A DNA stretch of 64,000 nt from an uncultured Rikenellaceae bacterium (GTDB lineage Bacteria; Bacteroidota; Bacteroidia; Bacteroidales; VadinHA17), in contig CAZXSW010000003.1 of assembly GCA_964642615.1 (NCBI GenBank), positions 17,950 through 81,949 on the forward strand, given 5' to 3'. Each line of letters begins with the position of its first letter. Within the stretch, counting starts at the first letter, position 1. The notes beneath the pieces were generated by a model. The model saw nothing but the letters and a program-made list of their open reading frames with translations, did no database searches and had not been told where the DNA came from. Both the position numbers and the translations under genes were made by a program. This document shows, one piece after another, positions 12,147 through 21,832 of the stretch.

Positions 12147-13475
12147 ATGAGACTGATTCAGACTATAAAGAACATCTTTAAGATTGAAGATCTTCGTGCA
12201 AGGATAATCTATACCCTGGGTATAATTCTGTTATACCGTCTTGGGAAATATATTACCCTCCCGGGAATAGACCCCTCTCAGCTGGCTGGTCTGAAGAGCC
12301 AGACTTCACAGGGTATCATGGGACTGCTTGATATGTTTTCGGGCGGTGCATTCTCACAGGCTTCAATCTTTGCCCTTGGTATCATGCCATATATATCGGC
12401 ATCCATCGTCATCCAGCTTATGGGTATGGTATTCCCTTATTTTCAGAAACTCCAGAAAGAAGGAGAAAGTGGCAGACGCAAGATGAATCAGTATACAAGG
12501 TACCTGACTGTAGCTATCCTTGTCCTTCAGGCTCCAACCTATCTGGTAAACCTTTCAGCCCAGCTCCCAGCTTCGGCATTCATCCTTTCGGGATTCTTCT
12601 TTAAGTTCTCATCAGTGGTGATTCTTACAGCAGGAACCATGTTTGTCATGTGGCTCGGTGAAAAGATTACAGACAAAGGTATTGGAAACGGAATTTCTTT
12701 GATAATCATGATCGGTATTATTGCCAGGATGCCGGCCAACTTTGTGTTCGAGGCAGGAACCAGGCTCAACGGAGCTGGCGGACCGATAGCTCTCATAGTC
12801 GAAGTGGTGGTGCTCTTCGTTGTCATCCTCGGAACCATACTTCTTGTTCAGGGTACACGCCGAGTTCCGGTTCAGTATGCCCGCAGGATTGTTGGCAACA
12901 AGCAATATGGCGGAGTCCGTCAGTATATTCCCCTTAAAGTGAATGCTGCCGGTGTTATGCCCATCATCTTTGCCCAGGCAATTATGATGCTTCCCATAAT
13001 CGTGGCCGGATATTCAAACTCAAGTTCAGGTTTTGTAATAGCTTTTTCCAATATGTACGGGTTCTGGTATAACCTGGTTACCGCCATACTTATTATTCTC
13101 TTCACATACTTCTATACAGCGGTTACAATAAATCCGGTACAGATGGCCGACGATATGAAGAAGAATGGCGGATTTATTCCGGGTATCAAACCGGGAAGAA
13201 AAACGGTTGAGTTCTTTGATACCATAATGTCGAGAATTACCCTGCCGGGTTCCGTATTCCTTGCTATAATAGCCATACTTCCTGCTATAGCAGTCAAGGT
13301 TGGCATTACGCCGCAGTTTGCACAGTTCTACGGAGGAACATCCCTGCTTATTCTTGTGGGAGTAGTGCTTGATACATTGCAACAAATTGAAAGTCACTTG
13401 CTTATGCGTCATTACGACGGTCTGATGAAATCGGGCCGCGTCAAAGGCAGAACAGGAGCAACGACTTCTATATAA
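12147..13475 (+). CDS. secY: preprotein translocase subunit SecY
   Basis: 442 aa, about 10 hydrophobic segments; ...GIMPYISASI.IQL... SecY signature; follows rplO. Confidence 0.97.
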   Translation: MRLIQTIKNIFKIEDLRARIIYTLGIILLYRLGKYITLPGIDPSQLAGLKSQTSQGIMGLLDMFSGGAFSQASIFALGIMPYISASIVIQLMGMVFPYFQKLQKEGESGRRKMNQYTRYLTVAILVLQAPTYLVNLSAQLPASAFILSGFFFKFSSVVILTAGTMFVMWLGEKITDKGIGNGISLIIMIGIIARMPANFVFEAGTRLNGAGGPIALIVEVVVLFVVILGTILLVQGTRRVPVQYARRIVGNKQYGGVRQYIPLKVNAAGVMPIIFAQAIMMLPIIVAGYSNSSSGFVIAFSNMYGFWYNLVTAILIILFTYFYTAVTINPVQMADDMKKNGGFIPGIKPGRKTVEFFDTIMSRITLPGSVFLAIIAILPAIAVKVGITPQFAQFYGGTSLLILVGVVLDTLQQIESHLLMRHYDGLMKSGRVKGRTGATTSI

Positions 13476-13493
13476 TAAGGTTAACGTTCTTTG

Positions 13494-14270
13494 ATGTTGT
13501 ACACCAAAAGTGATGAAGAGGTAGGGTTGTTGAGAGAGAGCAATTTGCTTGTGTCGAAGACACTTGCTGAAATTGCCCGACATATACAACCTGGGGTTAC
13601 AACACTTTTCCTTGACAGTATTGCGGAAACTTTTATCCGCGACAATGGCGGCCTTCCGGGCTTCAAGGGATATGGTGGTTTTCCCAATACACTCTGTACA
13701 TCAGTGAATGATGAGGTGGTTCACGGAATCCCTTCAGATTATGTACTCCGCCCGGGAGATATTGTTTCGGTCGACTGCGGAGTAATACTGAACGGATTCT
13801 ATGGCGACAGTGCCTATACTTTTGAAGTGGGAGAGGCTGATCCGGCTGTAAAAAGGCTGATAGAATATACAAAGGCCTCACTTGAAGAAGGTATAAGGGA
13901 AGCTGTAGCCGGGAACCGGATCGGAGACATCTCCAACGCTGTACAGCGAAAAGCTGAAAGCGGAGGTTATTCGGTTGTTAGGGAACTTGTGGGTCACGGT
14001 TTGGGCAGGAGACTGCATGAGCCTCCCGAGGTACCTAACTACGGACGACGAGGATCGGGTCCGAAAATGGATAAGGGACTTGTAATATGTATTGAGCCGA
14101 TGATAAACCTGGGGAGAAAAGAGACTATGCAGATGAGGGATGGCTGGACTATCAGGACAGCTGACGGAAAGCCATCGGCTCATTTTGAATATGCGGTGGC
14201 CGTTGATAAGGGAAAAGCAGACGTTTTAACGACTTTTAAATTCATTGAAGAAGTATTAAATAAAAAGTAG
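13494..14270 (+). CDS. map: type I methionine aminopeptidase
   Basis: ATG at 13494 (TTG 13491 in track). ...VVHGIP....L..GDIVSVD.G... and ...GHG.G...HE.P.V.NY... metal-ligand motifs. Follows secY. Confidence 0.95.
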   Translation: MLYTKSDEEVGLLRESNLLVSKTLAEIARHIQPGVTTLFLDSIAETFIRDNGGLPGFKGYGGFPNTLCTSVNDEVVHGIPSDYVLRPGDIVSVDCGVILNGFYGDSAYTFEVGEADPAVKRLIEYTKASLEEGIREAVAGNRIGDISNAVQRKAESGGYSVVRELVGHGLGRRLHEPPEVPNYGRRGSGPKMDKGLVICIEPMINLGRKETMQMRDGWTIRTADGKPSAHFEYAVAVDKGKADVLTTFKFIEEVLNKK

Positions 14271-14274
14271 ACGT

Positions 14275-14493
14275 ATGTCTAAACAAGCATCAATAGAACA
14301 GGACGGAACCATAATCGAAGCCCTCTCAAATGCAATGTTCAGGGTGGAGCTTGAAAACGGGCATGTTATCACCGCTCATATATCGGGCAAGATGAGAATG
14401 CACTATATCAAGATACTCCCGGGCGACAGGGTGAAAGTTGAGATGTCGCCATACGACCTTACAAAAGGAAGAATAACGTTCAGATACAAATAA
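14275..14493 (+). CDS. infA: translation initiation factor IF-1
   Basis: 72 aa; ...[41 protein letters not shown]. Confidence 0.97.
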   Translation: MSKQASIEQDGTIIEALSNAMFRVELENGHVITAHISGKMRMHYIKILPGDRVKVEMSPYDLTKGRITFRYK

Positions 14494-14505
14494 AGTAATA
14501 TAGTA

Positions 14506-14622
14506 ATGAAAGTACGAGCATCTATAAAAAAGCGCAGCGCCGACTGCAAGATCGTCAGACGGAAGGGTCGCATTTATGTTATTAACAAGAAAAATCCCAA
14601 GTTCAAACAGAGACAGGGATAA
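14506..14622 (+). CDS. rpmJ: 50S ribosomal protein L36
   Basis: Absent from the ORF track (38 aa). Hand translation: [38 protein letters not shown], stop 14620-14622. Lies between infA and rpsM. Confidence 0.92.
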   Translation: MKVRASIKKRSADCKIVRRKGRIYVINKKNPKFKQRQG

Positions 14623-14628
14623 TTTGAT

Positions 14629-14636
14629 TAATTTTG
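14629..14636 (+). promoter_or_regulatory. candidate internal Bacteroidetes -7 box (TAATTTTG) ahead of rpsM
   Basis: Exact match to the TAnnTTTG primary-sigma -7 consensus of Bacteroidetes, 23 nt upstream of the rpsM ATG. No clear TTTG -33 partner seen. Confidence 0.3.
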
Positions 14637-14658
14637 CAACTTATTTAAGAAAAGTTAT

Positions 14659-15036
14659 ATGGCACGTATTGTTGGTGTTGATTTACCAAGAAACAAAAGA
14701 GGCGAGATAGGCCTGACTTATATCTACGGAGTAGGAAGAAGTACTGCACAGAAAGTACTCGATGAAGCCGGTGTTGACAGGAATGCCAAGGTGCAGGACT
14801 GGAATGATGATCAGATAAATGCGATCCGCCGGATACTGAATGATAACTTTAAGCTTGAAGGTGAACTTCGTTCTGAGACCCAGATGAACATCAAAAGGCT
14901 TATGGATATTGGCTGCTACCGCGGGGTACGGCACAGACTTGGCTTACCGGTTCGCGGACAGAGTACCAAGAACAACGCCAGAACACGTAAGGGAAGAAAG
15001 AAAACAGTTGCAAACAAGAAGAAAGCTACCAAATAA
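14659..15036 (+). CDS. rpsM: 30S ribosomal protein S13
   Basis: 125 aa; [11 protein letters not shown]......LTYIYG.G...A... Confidence 0.97.
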   Translation: MARIVGVDLPRNKRGEIGLTYIYGVGRSTAQKVLDEAGVDRNAKVQDWNDDQINAIRRILNDNFKLEGELRSETQMNIKRLMDIGCYRGVRHRLGLPVRGQSTKNNARTRKGRKKTVANKKKATK

Positions 15037-15043
15037 TTAGAAT

Positions 15044-15433
15044 ATGGCAAAGAAAAGCGGAGCACAGAAGAAGAGGATCGTAAAGGTCGAACCTAACGGC
15101 CATGCTCACATACATTCATCATTCAACAATATCATTGTTACCCTTACAAATAATTCGGGACAGGTGATATCATGGGCATCAGCCGGCAAGATGGGATTCA
15201 AAGGCTCAAAAAAGAACACTCCCTATGCTGCGCAGATGGCATCTGAAGAGTGCGGAAAAACTGCCTATGATCTTGGACTGAGAAAAGTGAAAGTGTTTGT
15301 CAAAGGCCCAGGGTCAGGACGTGAATCAGCAATCAGGTCAATCAACAACGTCGGAATAGAGGTTACCGAAATAGTCGATGTAACTCCTATGCCCCACAAC
15401 GGATGCCGTGCACCTGGAAGAAGAAGAGTTTGA
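15044..15433 (+). CDS. rpsK: 30S ribosomal protein S11
   Basis: 129 aa; ...[15 protein letters not shown]...G......SAG..GFKGS.K.TP.AA... Confidence 0.97.
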   Translation: MAKKSGAQKKRIVKVEPNGHAHIHSSFNNIIVTLTNNSGQVISWASAGKMGFKGSKKNTPYAAQMASEECGKTAYDLGLRKVKVFVKGPGSGRESAIRSINNVGIEVTEIVDVTPMPHNGCRAPGRRRV

Positions 15434-15477
15434 TATTTTACTTTATCGATTGTTAACAGAAAAAAATTACTAGCACA

Positions 15478-16086
15478 ATGGCAAGATATATTGGCCCAAA
15501 ATCAAGAATCGCAAGGAAATTTGGTGATCCCATCTACGGCCCCGACAAAAACCTCGACAGGAAGAATTTTCCTCCCGGACAGCACGGAGCCAACAAGAAA
15601 AGAAAGAAGACTTCTGAATATGGTATTCAGCTTAGAGAGAAACAGAAGGCAAGATATACCTATGGTATTCTCGAAAGACAGTTCCGCAATACCTTTGAAA
15701 AAGCTTCAAAATCAAAAGGTGTAACCGGTCAGGTTCTGTTGCAGCTTCTTGAATCAAGGCTCGACAATGTGGTATACCGCTTCGGTATAGCACCCACACG
15801 GGCTGCAGCACGCCAGTTGGTATCTCACCGGCATGTTACCGTTAACGGTGATGTTGTAAACATACCCTCTTTCCAGCTTAAACCCGGCGATATAGTGGGC
15901 GTAAGGGAAAAATCAAAGTCACTCGAGACCGTTGTCGACTCGCTTTCAACAAGGAGATACTCAAAACTACCCTGGCTCGAGTGGGATGATGCACAAATGG
16001 CAGGTAAATACATGAGCATGCCTGAACGTTCTGACATACCTGAAGATATCAGGGAACAGCTTATAGTTGAATTATATTCCAAGTAA
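15478..16086 (+). CDS. rpsD: 30S ribosomal protein S4
   Basis: 202 aa; [12 protein letters not shown]... and an S4 RNA-binding domain (...[30 protein letters not shown]...). Confidence 0.97.
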   Translation: MARYIGPKSRIARKFGDPIYGPDKNLDRKNFPPGQHGANKKRKKTSEYGIQLREKQKARYTYGILERQFRNTFEKASKSKGVTGQVLLQLLESRLDNVVYRFGIAPTRAAARQLVSHRHVTVNGDVVNIPSFQLKPGDIVGVREKSKSLETVVDSLSTRRYSKLPWLEWDDAQMAGKYMSMPERSDIPEDIREQLIVELYSK

Positions 16087-16104
16087 TTATATAAGATTAA
16101 TTCT

Positions 16105-17097
16105 ATGGCCATTTTATCATTTCAGAAGCCTGATAAGGTTATAATGCTTGAAGCCAACGCCAGGTACGGAAAATTCGAATTCCGCCCCCTGGAACCCGGA
16201 TACGGTATTACTGTGGGTAATGCACTGAGGAGAATTCTGCTCTCCTCTCTCGAGGGCTTTACCATTACTACGGTTAAAATTGAAGGCATTGACCACGAGT
16301 TCTCAACCATCACAGGTGTAATTGAGGATGTTACTGATATTATCCTTAACCTGAAACAGATACGTTTTAAAAGGATAGTTGATGATGTGGATAATGAAAA
16401 GGTGATTCTGAAATTAGCGGGACAGGATACATTCAAAGCTGGTAATCTCAACTCAGCAATGACAAGCTTTGAAGTTCTCAACCCCGACCTCGTGGTCTTC
16501 AGAATGGAACCCGATGTGAAACTTCAGATCGAATTCACTATAAACAAGGGAAGAGGTTATGTGCCTGCTGAGGAAAATGAACCGGACGATGCCGAATTCG
16601 GAGTTATTGCCATCGATTCCATTTTCACTCCTGTCAGGAATGTCAAATATACTGTCGAAAACTACCGCGTTGAGCAGAAAACCGACTACGAAAAGCTTGT
16701 TCTCGAAATAGAAACTGACGGGTCAATACATCCCAAAGAGGCTCTCAAAGAGGCAGCCAAGATACTTATTTACCATTTCATGCTTTTCTCCGATGAGAAG
16801 ATAACTCTCGATTCGGATGACAAACTGGCCAATGAGGAATTTGACGAGGAAGTATTACATATGAGACAGCTGCTTAAGACAAAACTGATAGACCTTGACC
16901 TTTCTGTCAGGGCCCTCAACTGCCTTAAGGCTGCTGAAGTTGAAACACTGGGTGATCTTGTAAGATTCAATAAAAATGATCTTCTGAAATTCAGAAATTT
17001 CGGAAAGAAATCACTTACTGAACTTGACGAATTACTCGACTCCATGAGCCTTTCATTTGGCATGGACGTTAGCAAGTATAAACTGGAGAAAGATTAA
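16105..17097 (+). CDS. rpoA: DNA-directed RNA polymerase subunit alpha
   Basis: 330 aa; ...[19 protein letters not shown]... N-terminal domain and C-terminal ...[22 protein letters not shown]... HhH domain. Confidence 0.97.
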   Translation: MAILSFQKPDKVIMLEANARYGKFEFRPLEPGYGITVGNALRRILLSSLEGFTITTVKIEGIDHEFSTITGVIEDVTDIILNLKQIRFKRIVDDVDNEKVILKLAGQDTFKAGNLNSAMTSFEVLNPDLVVFRMEPDVKLQIEFTINKGRGYVPAEENEPDDAEFGVIAIDSIFTPVRNVKYTVENYRVEQKTDYEKLVLEIETDGSIHPKEALKEAAKILIYHFMLFSDEKITLDSDDKLANEEFDEEVLHMRQLLKTKLIDLDLSVRALNCLKAAEVETLGDLVRFNKNDLLKFRNFGKKSLTELDELLDSMSLSFGMDVSKYKLEKD

Positions 17098-17124
17098 TTA
17101 GAAACTGGTTAAGGATATATAGAA

Positions 17125-17673
17125 ATGCGACATCAAAGAGTTATTAACCATTTAGGTAGAACTAGTTCACACAGGAAGTCGATGCTCTCAAATATGGCAT
17201 CATCACTTATCCTTCATAAAAGGATTGCTACCACAACGGCAAAGGCAAAGGCACTTAGAACCTTCGTTGAACCCCTCATCACCAAATCTAAAGAGGATTC
17301 AACCCATTCCAGAAGAGTGGTATTCAGTTACCTTAAGGATAAGGACGCAGTGTCTGAACTGTTCAGGGAAGTCTCTCCCAAAGTGGCTGAGAGACCTGGA
17401 GGCTATACACGAATTCTCAAGACAGGCAACAGGCTGGGCGACAATGCAGATATGTGCATTCTCGAACTGGTTGACTATAATGAAGCCATGCTTGGAAAAG
17501 AAACAACAGTCAAACAGAAACCTTCAAGAAGAAGAAGACCCGCAAAGAAAACAGCCACTGATAAGGCTGAAACCAAAGCGCCTAAGGCAGCTACAGAGAA
17601 AAAAGCCAAAGCTCCTGAGGGAAAAGCAGAAAAATCAGCTGCAGAACCTGCTGAAGAAGGAGATAAGGAATAA
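17125..17673 (+). CDS. rplQ: 50S ribosomal protein L17 with Lys/Ala/Glu-rich C-terminal tail
   Basis: [35 protein letters not shown]... is the canonical L17 core. About 55 aa of low-complexity tail follow ([36 protein letters not shown]...). Confidence 0.95.
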   Translation: MRHQRVINHLGRTSSHRKSMLSNMASSLILHKRIATTTAKAKALRTFVEPLITKSKEDSTHSRRVVFSYLKDKDAVSELFREVSPKVAERPGGYTRILKTGNRLGDNADMCILELVDYNEAMLGKETTVKQKPSRRRRPAKKTATDKAETKAPKAATEKKAKAPEGKAEKSAAEPAEEGDKE

Positions 17674-17692
17674 AAGAATTAATTTTAAGAGA

Positions 17693-17728
17693 AGGGATAT
17701 AGTCAAAAGGCATATCCCTTTTTTTTGT
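17693..17728 (+). terminator. intrinsic terminator after rplQ
   Basis: AAGGGATAT (17693-17701) pairs with ATATCCCTT (17713-17721), followed by a run of T. Confidence 0.7.
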
Positions 17729-17758
17729 ATATTGCATCATTGTTTAATCTAAAAATAA

Positions 17759-19042
<1,284 letters not shown>

Positions 19043-19091
19043 TGCGGAACTGATAAGATCAGGCCAACCCACAGACCTACAGTTTTTTTTT

Positions 19092-19124
19092 GCAACACAG
19101 GGCAATCCCCTGTGTTGCTTTTTT
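19092..19124 (+). terminator. intrinsic terminator after eno
   Basis: GCAACACAGGG (19092-19102) pairs with CCCTGTGTTGC (19108-19118), then TTTTTT. Confidence 0.8.
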
Positions 19125-19242
19125 ATCTCTGCCCCTCATCTGAAGAGAGTTTCGGGAGTTATTAACAATTGTTGATATCTTTTGTTTATATCATGTGTAG
19201 AACTATGAGCCACAGACTCTTGGATTCAATCCTCATTTATAT

Positions 19243-19250
19243 TAAATTTG
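19243..19250 (+). promoter_or_regulatory. candidate -7 box (TAAATTTG) ahead of the structured non-coding block
   Basis: Exact TAnnTTTG match in an AT-rich stretch immediately 5' of the GC-enriched hairpin-dense region. Confidence 0.35.
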
Positions 19251-19256
19251 GTATAT

Positions 19257-19748
19257 CAGGTGAGCGATAAAAGACTGCTCAAAAGATGTGGGATCGGAAA
19301 CTTTTTCTTAAGTGAGAAACAATCTGGTCCGATCAGACCCTCGGGTCTGCGCATCAGAAGAGCCGAAGCCTGGGCCGGGAAACTTCGGTTTCCTATGTCC
19401 GGCAAGTCAACGAAAACCGGAAACGTTCTTTCAGCGACTGAGTCTCAGGGCAACAGAGAAATCCGACTCCGGTCGGATACAATCTGATCCGGAAACCATA
19501 TCCTTCGGGAAATGACAACGGAGCCTGAATGACGCTTCTTCCCGGAAGTCCGCCTTAGAAACGGACAAAAGGAAAGCCGGAAGGCAATGCCGTAAAAGGC
19601 ATAGCCCAAAAGCCATGGGTTGCAAATCCAGATCTGGTATCAGGAAATGCAGCCGGTCACAATAACAGTAACCTGACGCTGCCTGCAGCCTCGGTTGCAT
19701 CCAGCGAATGGGAACTAATCCTCGGAATAGTTCCCATTATTGTTTTGT
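19257..19748 (+). ncRNA. candidate large structured ncRNA, family not recognised
   Basis: Dense series of perfect short helices with UUCG, UCCG, GGAA and CUCG loops, all sensible on the + strand (coordinates in findings). An 11-bp terminal hairpin at 19707-19738 is followed by ATTGTTTTGT. There is no credible ORF. GC is higher than in other spacers. 5' end not determined: 19257 is a guess from the -7 box. Confidence 0.45.
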
Positions 19749-19894
19749 ACCCCTCTGCCATTCAAACCGGAGTCCTGCACTTTTCACCACCCCATACCTT
19801 CAACACGGCCACATGCCTCACCATAACCCAAGCCCGCTAACCCCTCCCTGTGTCTGCATAATTGCTATCTTTATAACTGAAAAACAAAAAGCAT

Positions 19895-21811
19895 ATGGCT
19901 TACTCAGGACTTGCCGGTTTTATCAAGACTCTCGCAGAAAAGGATGAACTTCATATTATTGAATCCTTTGCCGACCCTGTCCTTGAAATAACCGAGATAA
20001 CCGACAGGATAACAAAAAGCAGGGGAAAAGCCCTGCTTTTCAAAGATACAGGAACCCCTTTCTCCCTGCTCATCAATGCCTATGGCTCCCCTGAAAGAAT
20101 AAGCCTGGCCCTCGGAGGCGATCCTGCCACCACAGCCGCAGGTATACCTGAGCTGCTAAGGGATTTCTCCTCCGCCGGCACATCACTGGCCGGAAAACTG
20201 ACTGCATTGCCAAAGCTGGCCCGCCTGGCCGGCCTGCTGCCTTCAAAAACAGGTGGCCGGGGGAAATGCCAGCAGGTAGTGATAATGAACCCCGACCTTT
20301 CAATATTGCCTGTACTGAAGTGCTGGCCCTACGATGGAGGAAGATATATAACACTTCCCGTCGTACACACTGTACATCCCGTAACAGGAAACGTTAATGC
20401 CGGTATGTACAGGATGCAGATCCTCGATAATAAAACAACTGCCATGCACTGGCAGAGACATAAAACCGGAGCATCACATTTTGAGGCATGGAAAAAAACC
20501 GGCCGAAGGATGCCCGTGACTGTTACCCTGGGAGGCGACCCCGTATATGCCTGGGCCGCCACCGCCCCCCTCCCTGAAAATATTGATGAGTATATCCTTG
20601 CCGCCTGGCTGAGGAAGAAAAAGGTAAGCATGGTCCGCTGCCTTACAAACGATTTGTACGTCCCCTCCGATGCCGATATAGTCATTGAGGGATATGTAGA
20701 CCCCTCCGAAGACCTTGTATGGGAAGGTCCCTTTGGCGATCACACAGGCTTCTATTCCCTGGCCGACTGGTACCCCCGGTTCCACGTTACATGCATCACA
20801 CACTCCCGCGACGCCATCTATCCCGCTACTATTGTAGGTATACCTCCGCAGGAGGACGCATGGATAGCCGAAGCTACCGAACGTATATTCATTGAGCCTG
20901 TCAGGCTGGCTATACAACCCGAGGTCGAGGATTTCCATATGCCTCCCGCAGGTATTGCCCATAACCTGCTTATTGTTAAAATAAGAAAATCATACCCCGG
21001 CCAGGGCATGAAGGTAATCAGTTCGCTGTCGGGAGCCGGACAAATGATGTTTACAAAATACTTCGTTGTAGTAAGCGGAGATACAGATATAAGGGACTAT
21101 GACATGCTCGCACGTCATGTCTTTGAGAACTTTGACCCCCGCCACGATATTATGTTGTTCAAAGGGCCTCTTGATGTCCTTGACCATTCGGCCACGGCAA
21201 TGTCGTTCGGGGGAAAGGCTGGCATAGATGCCACAGTCAAATATCCCGAGGAAATTAAAGACAGGGAGCATTCTAATGACAGTACCTCACCCGGCACTAA
21301 AAGCCTTACTCCCTCCTCCTTTAAACCCAGTAACCTGTACGGAAACTATAACAGTAGTCTGACCCAGGCTGGCCTGCCTGTCCTGGTTGTTTCGTCAGAC
21401 ACTGAACCTGCCTCTACAGATGTTGAAGCCATCAGGTTAGCCCTGGCCGGAGAAGAATGCATAAACAGCTTCCGTCTGGTTCTTCTTGTCGATAAAATGG
21501 TTGACGTAAATAACCTTCACATGGTGGCCTGGCAGTTGCTGGGTAATTCAGACCCTGTGAGGGATCATTATTTTCCTGCACCGCAGGTTTTGTTGATTGA
21601 TGGTACCTCAAAGGCCCGCAGAAAAGGAGCTTTCCCTGAGAGATGGCCCAATGTGGTCACCATGGATGCTGAGACAAGCGCAAAGGTTGATAAGAAATGG
21701 AAATCCTATGGCTTCAGTGAGTTCATACCTTCTCCCTCCCTGGCCTACAGAACACTTATTCAGGGTTCAGGTGAGCAGGCTGATGGCCGTGGCACAGTGA
21801 AGGTGGAATGA
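19895..21811 (+). CDS. UbiD-family (prenyl-FMN-dependent) decarboxylase, menaquinone-biosynthesis-decarboxylase-like
   Basis: 638 aa. N-terminus ...FIKTLAEKDELHIIE...DP.LEITEITDR..., ...GGRYITLP..., ...MYRMQ....T.MHWQRHKTGA.H... and ...VVVSGDTDIRDYD......FDPRHD... resemble UbiD as I remember it. Confidence 0.8.
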   Translation: MAYSGLAGFIKTLAEKDELHIIESFADPVLEITEITDRITKSRGKALLFKDTGTPFSLLINAYGSPERISLALGGDPATTAAGIPELLRDFSSAGTSLAGKLTALPKLARLAGLLPSKTGGRGKCQQVVIMNPDLSILPVLKCWPYDGGRYITLPVVHTVHPVTGNVNAGMYRMQILDNKTTAMHWQRHKTGASHFEAWKKTGRRMPVTVTLGGDPVYAWAATAPLPENIDEYILAAWLRKKKVSMVRCLTNDLYVPSDADIVIEGYVDPSEDLVWEGPFGDHTGFYSLADWYPRFHVTCITHSRDAIYPATIVGIPPQEDAWIAEATERIFIEPVRLAIQPEVEDFHMPPAGIAHNLLIVKIRKSYPGQGMKVISSLSGAGQMMFTKYFVVVSGDTDIRDYDMLARHVFENFDPRHDIMLFKGPLDVLDHSATAMSFGGKAGIDATVKYPEEIKDREHSNDSTSPGTKSLTPSSFKPSNLYGNYNSSLTQAGLPVLVVSSDTEPASTDVEAIRLALAGEECINSFRLVLLVDKMVDVNNLHMVAWQLLGNSDPVRDHYFPAPQVLLIDGTSKARRKGAFPERWPNVVTMDAETSAKVDKKWKSYGFSEFIPSPSLAYRTLIQGSGEQADGRGTVKVE

Positions 21812-21832
21812 TATAAAGACAGACCTGACGTT

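Noticed and set aside
17225-17752. 175-aa +2-frame ORF overlapping rplQ and its terminator.
   Set aside because: It is an alternative frame of a conserved ribosomal protein gene, reads through the rplQ terminator hairpin, and its product is low-complexity (Q/R/K/L-rich).
19257-19748. Possibility that the structured block is RNase P RNA. Local resemblances are GGGCAACAGAGAAAUCC, CCGUAAAAGG, ACAGUAACCUGACG and GGAAGUCCG.
   Set aside because: The near-universal P4 strands (GAGGAAAGUCCGGGC and ACAGAACCCGGCUUA) are not present. GGAAGUCCG pairs locally with CGGAC instead of with a distal strand. The resemblances are short. I could not exclude a divergent RNase P without a covariance-model search, so this stays flagged in the finding.
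19257-19748. tmRNA, SRP RNA or a TPP riboswitch as the identity of the block.
   Set aside because: There is no GGGG...ACCA acceptor or T-arm (GGUUCGA-type) and no ALAA-type tag frame. The block is far too long for SRP, although it has a GCC-GGAA-GGC loop. The CUGAUCCGGAAACC segment only superficially resembles the TPP pyrophosphate-sensor helix, and the P5 pairing cannot form.
19248-19947. ORFs 19248-19487(+), 19312-19515(+), 19431-19700(-) and 19708-19947(+) in the eno/UbiD-like spacer.
   Set aside because: They are short, mutually overlapping in several frames and on both strands, have no protein-like motifs, and coincide with dense hairpins. The last runs into the real UbiD-like gene in another frame. 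An RNA interpretation fits better.
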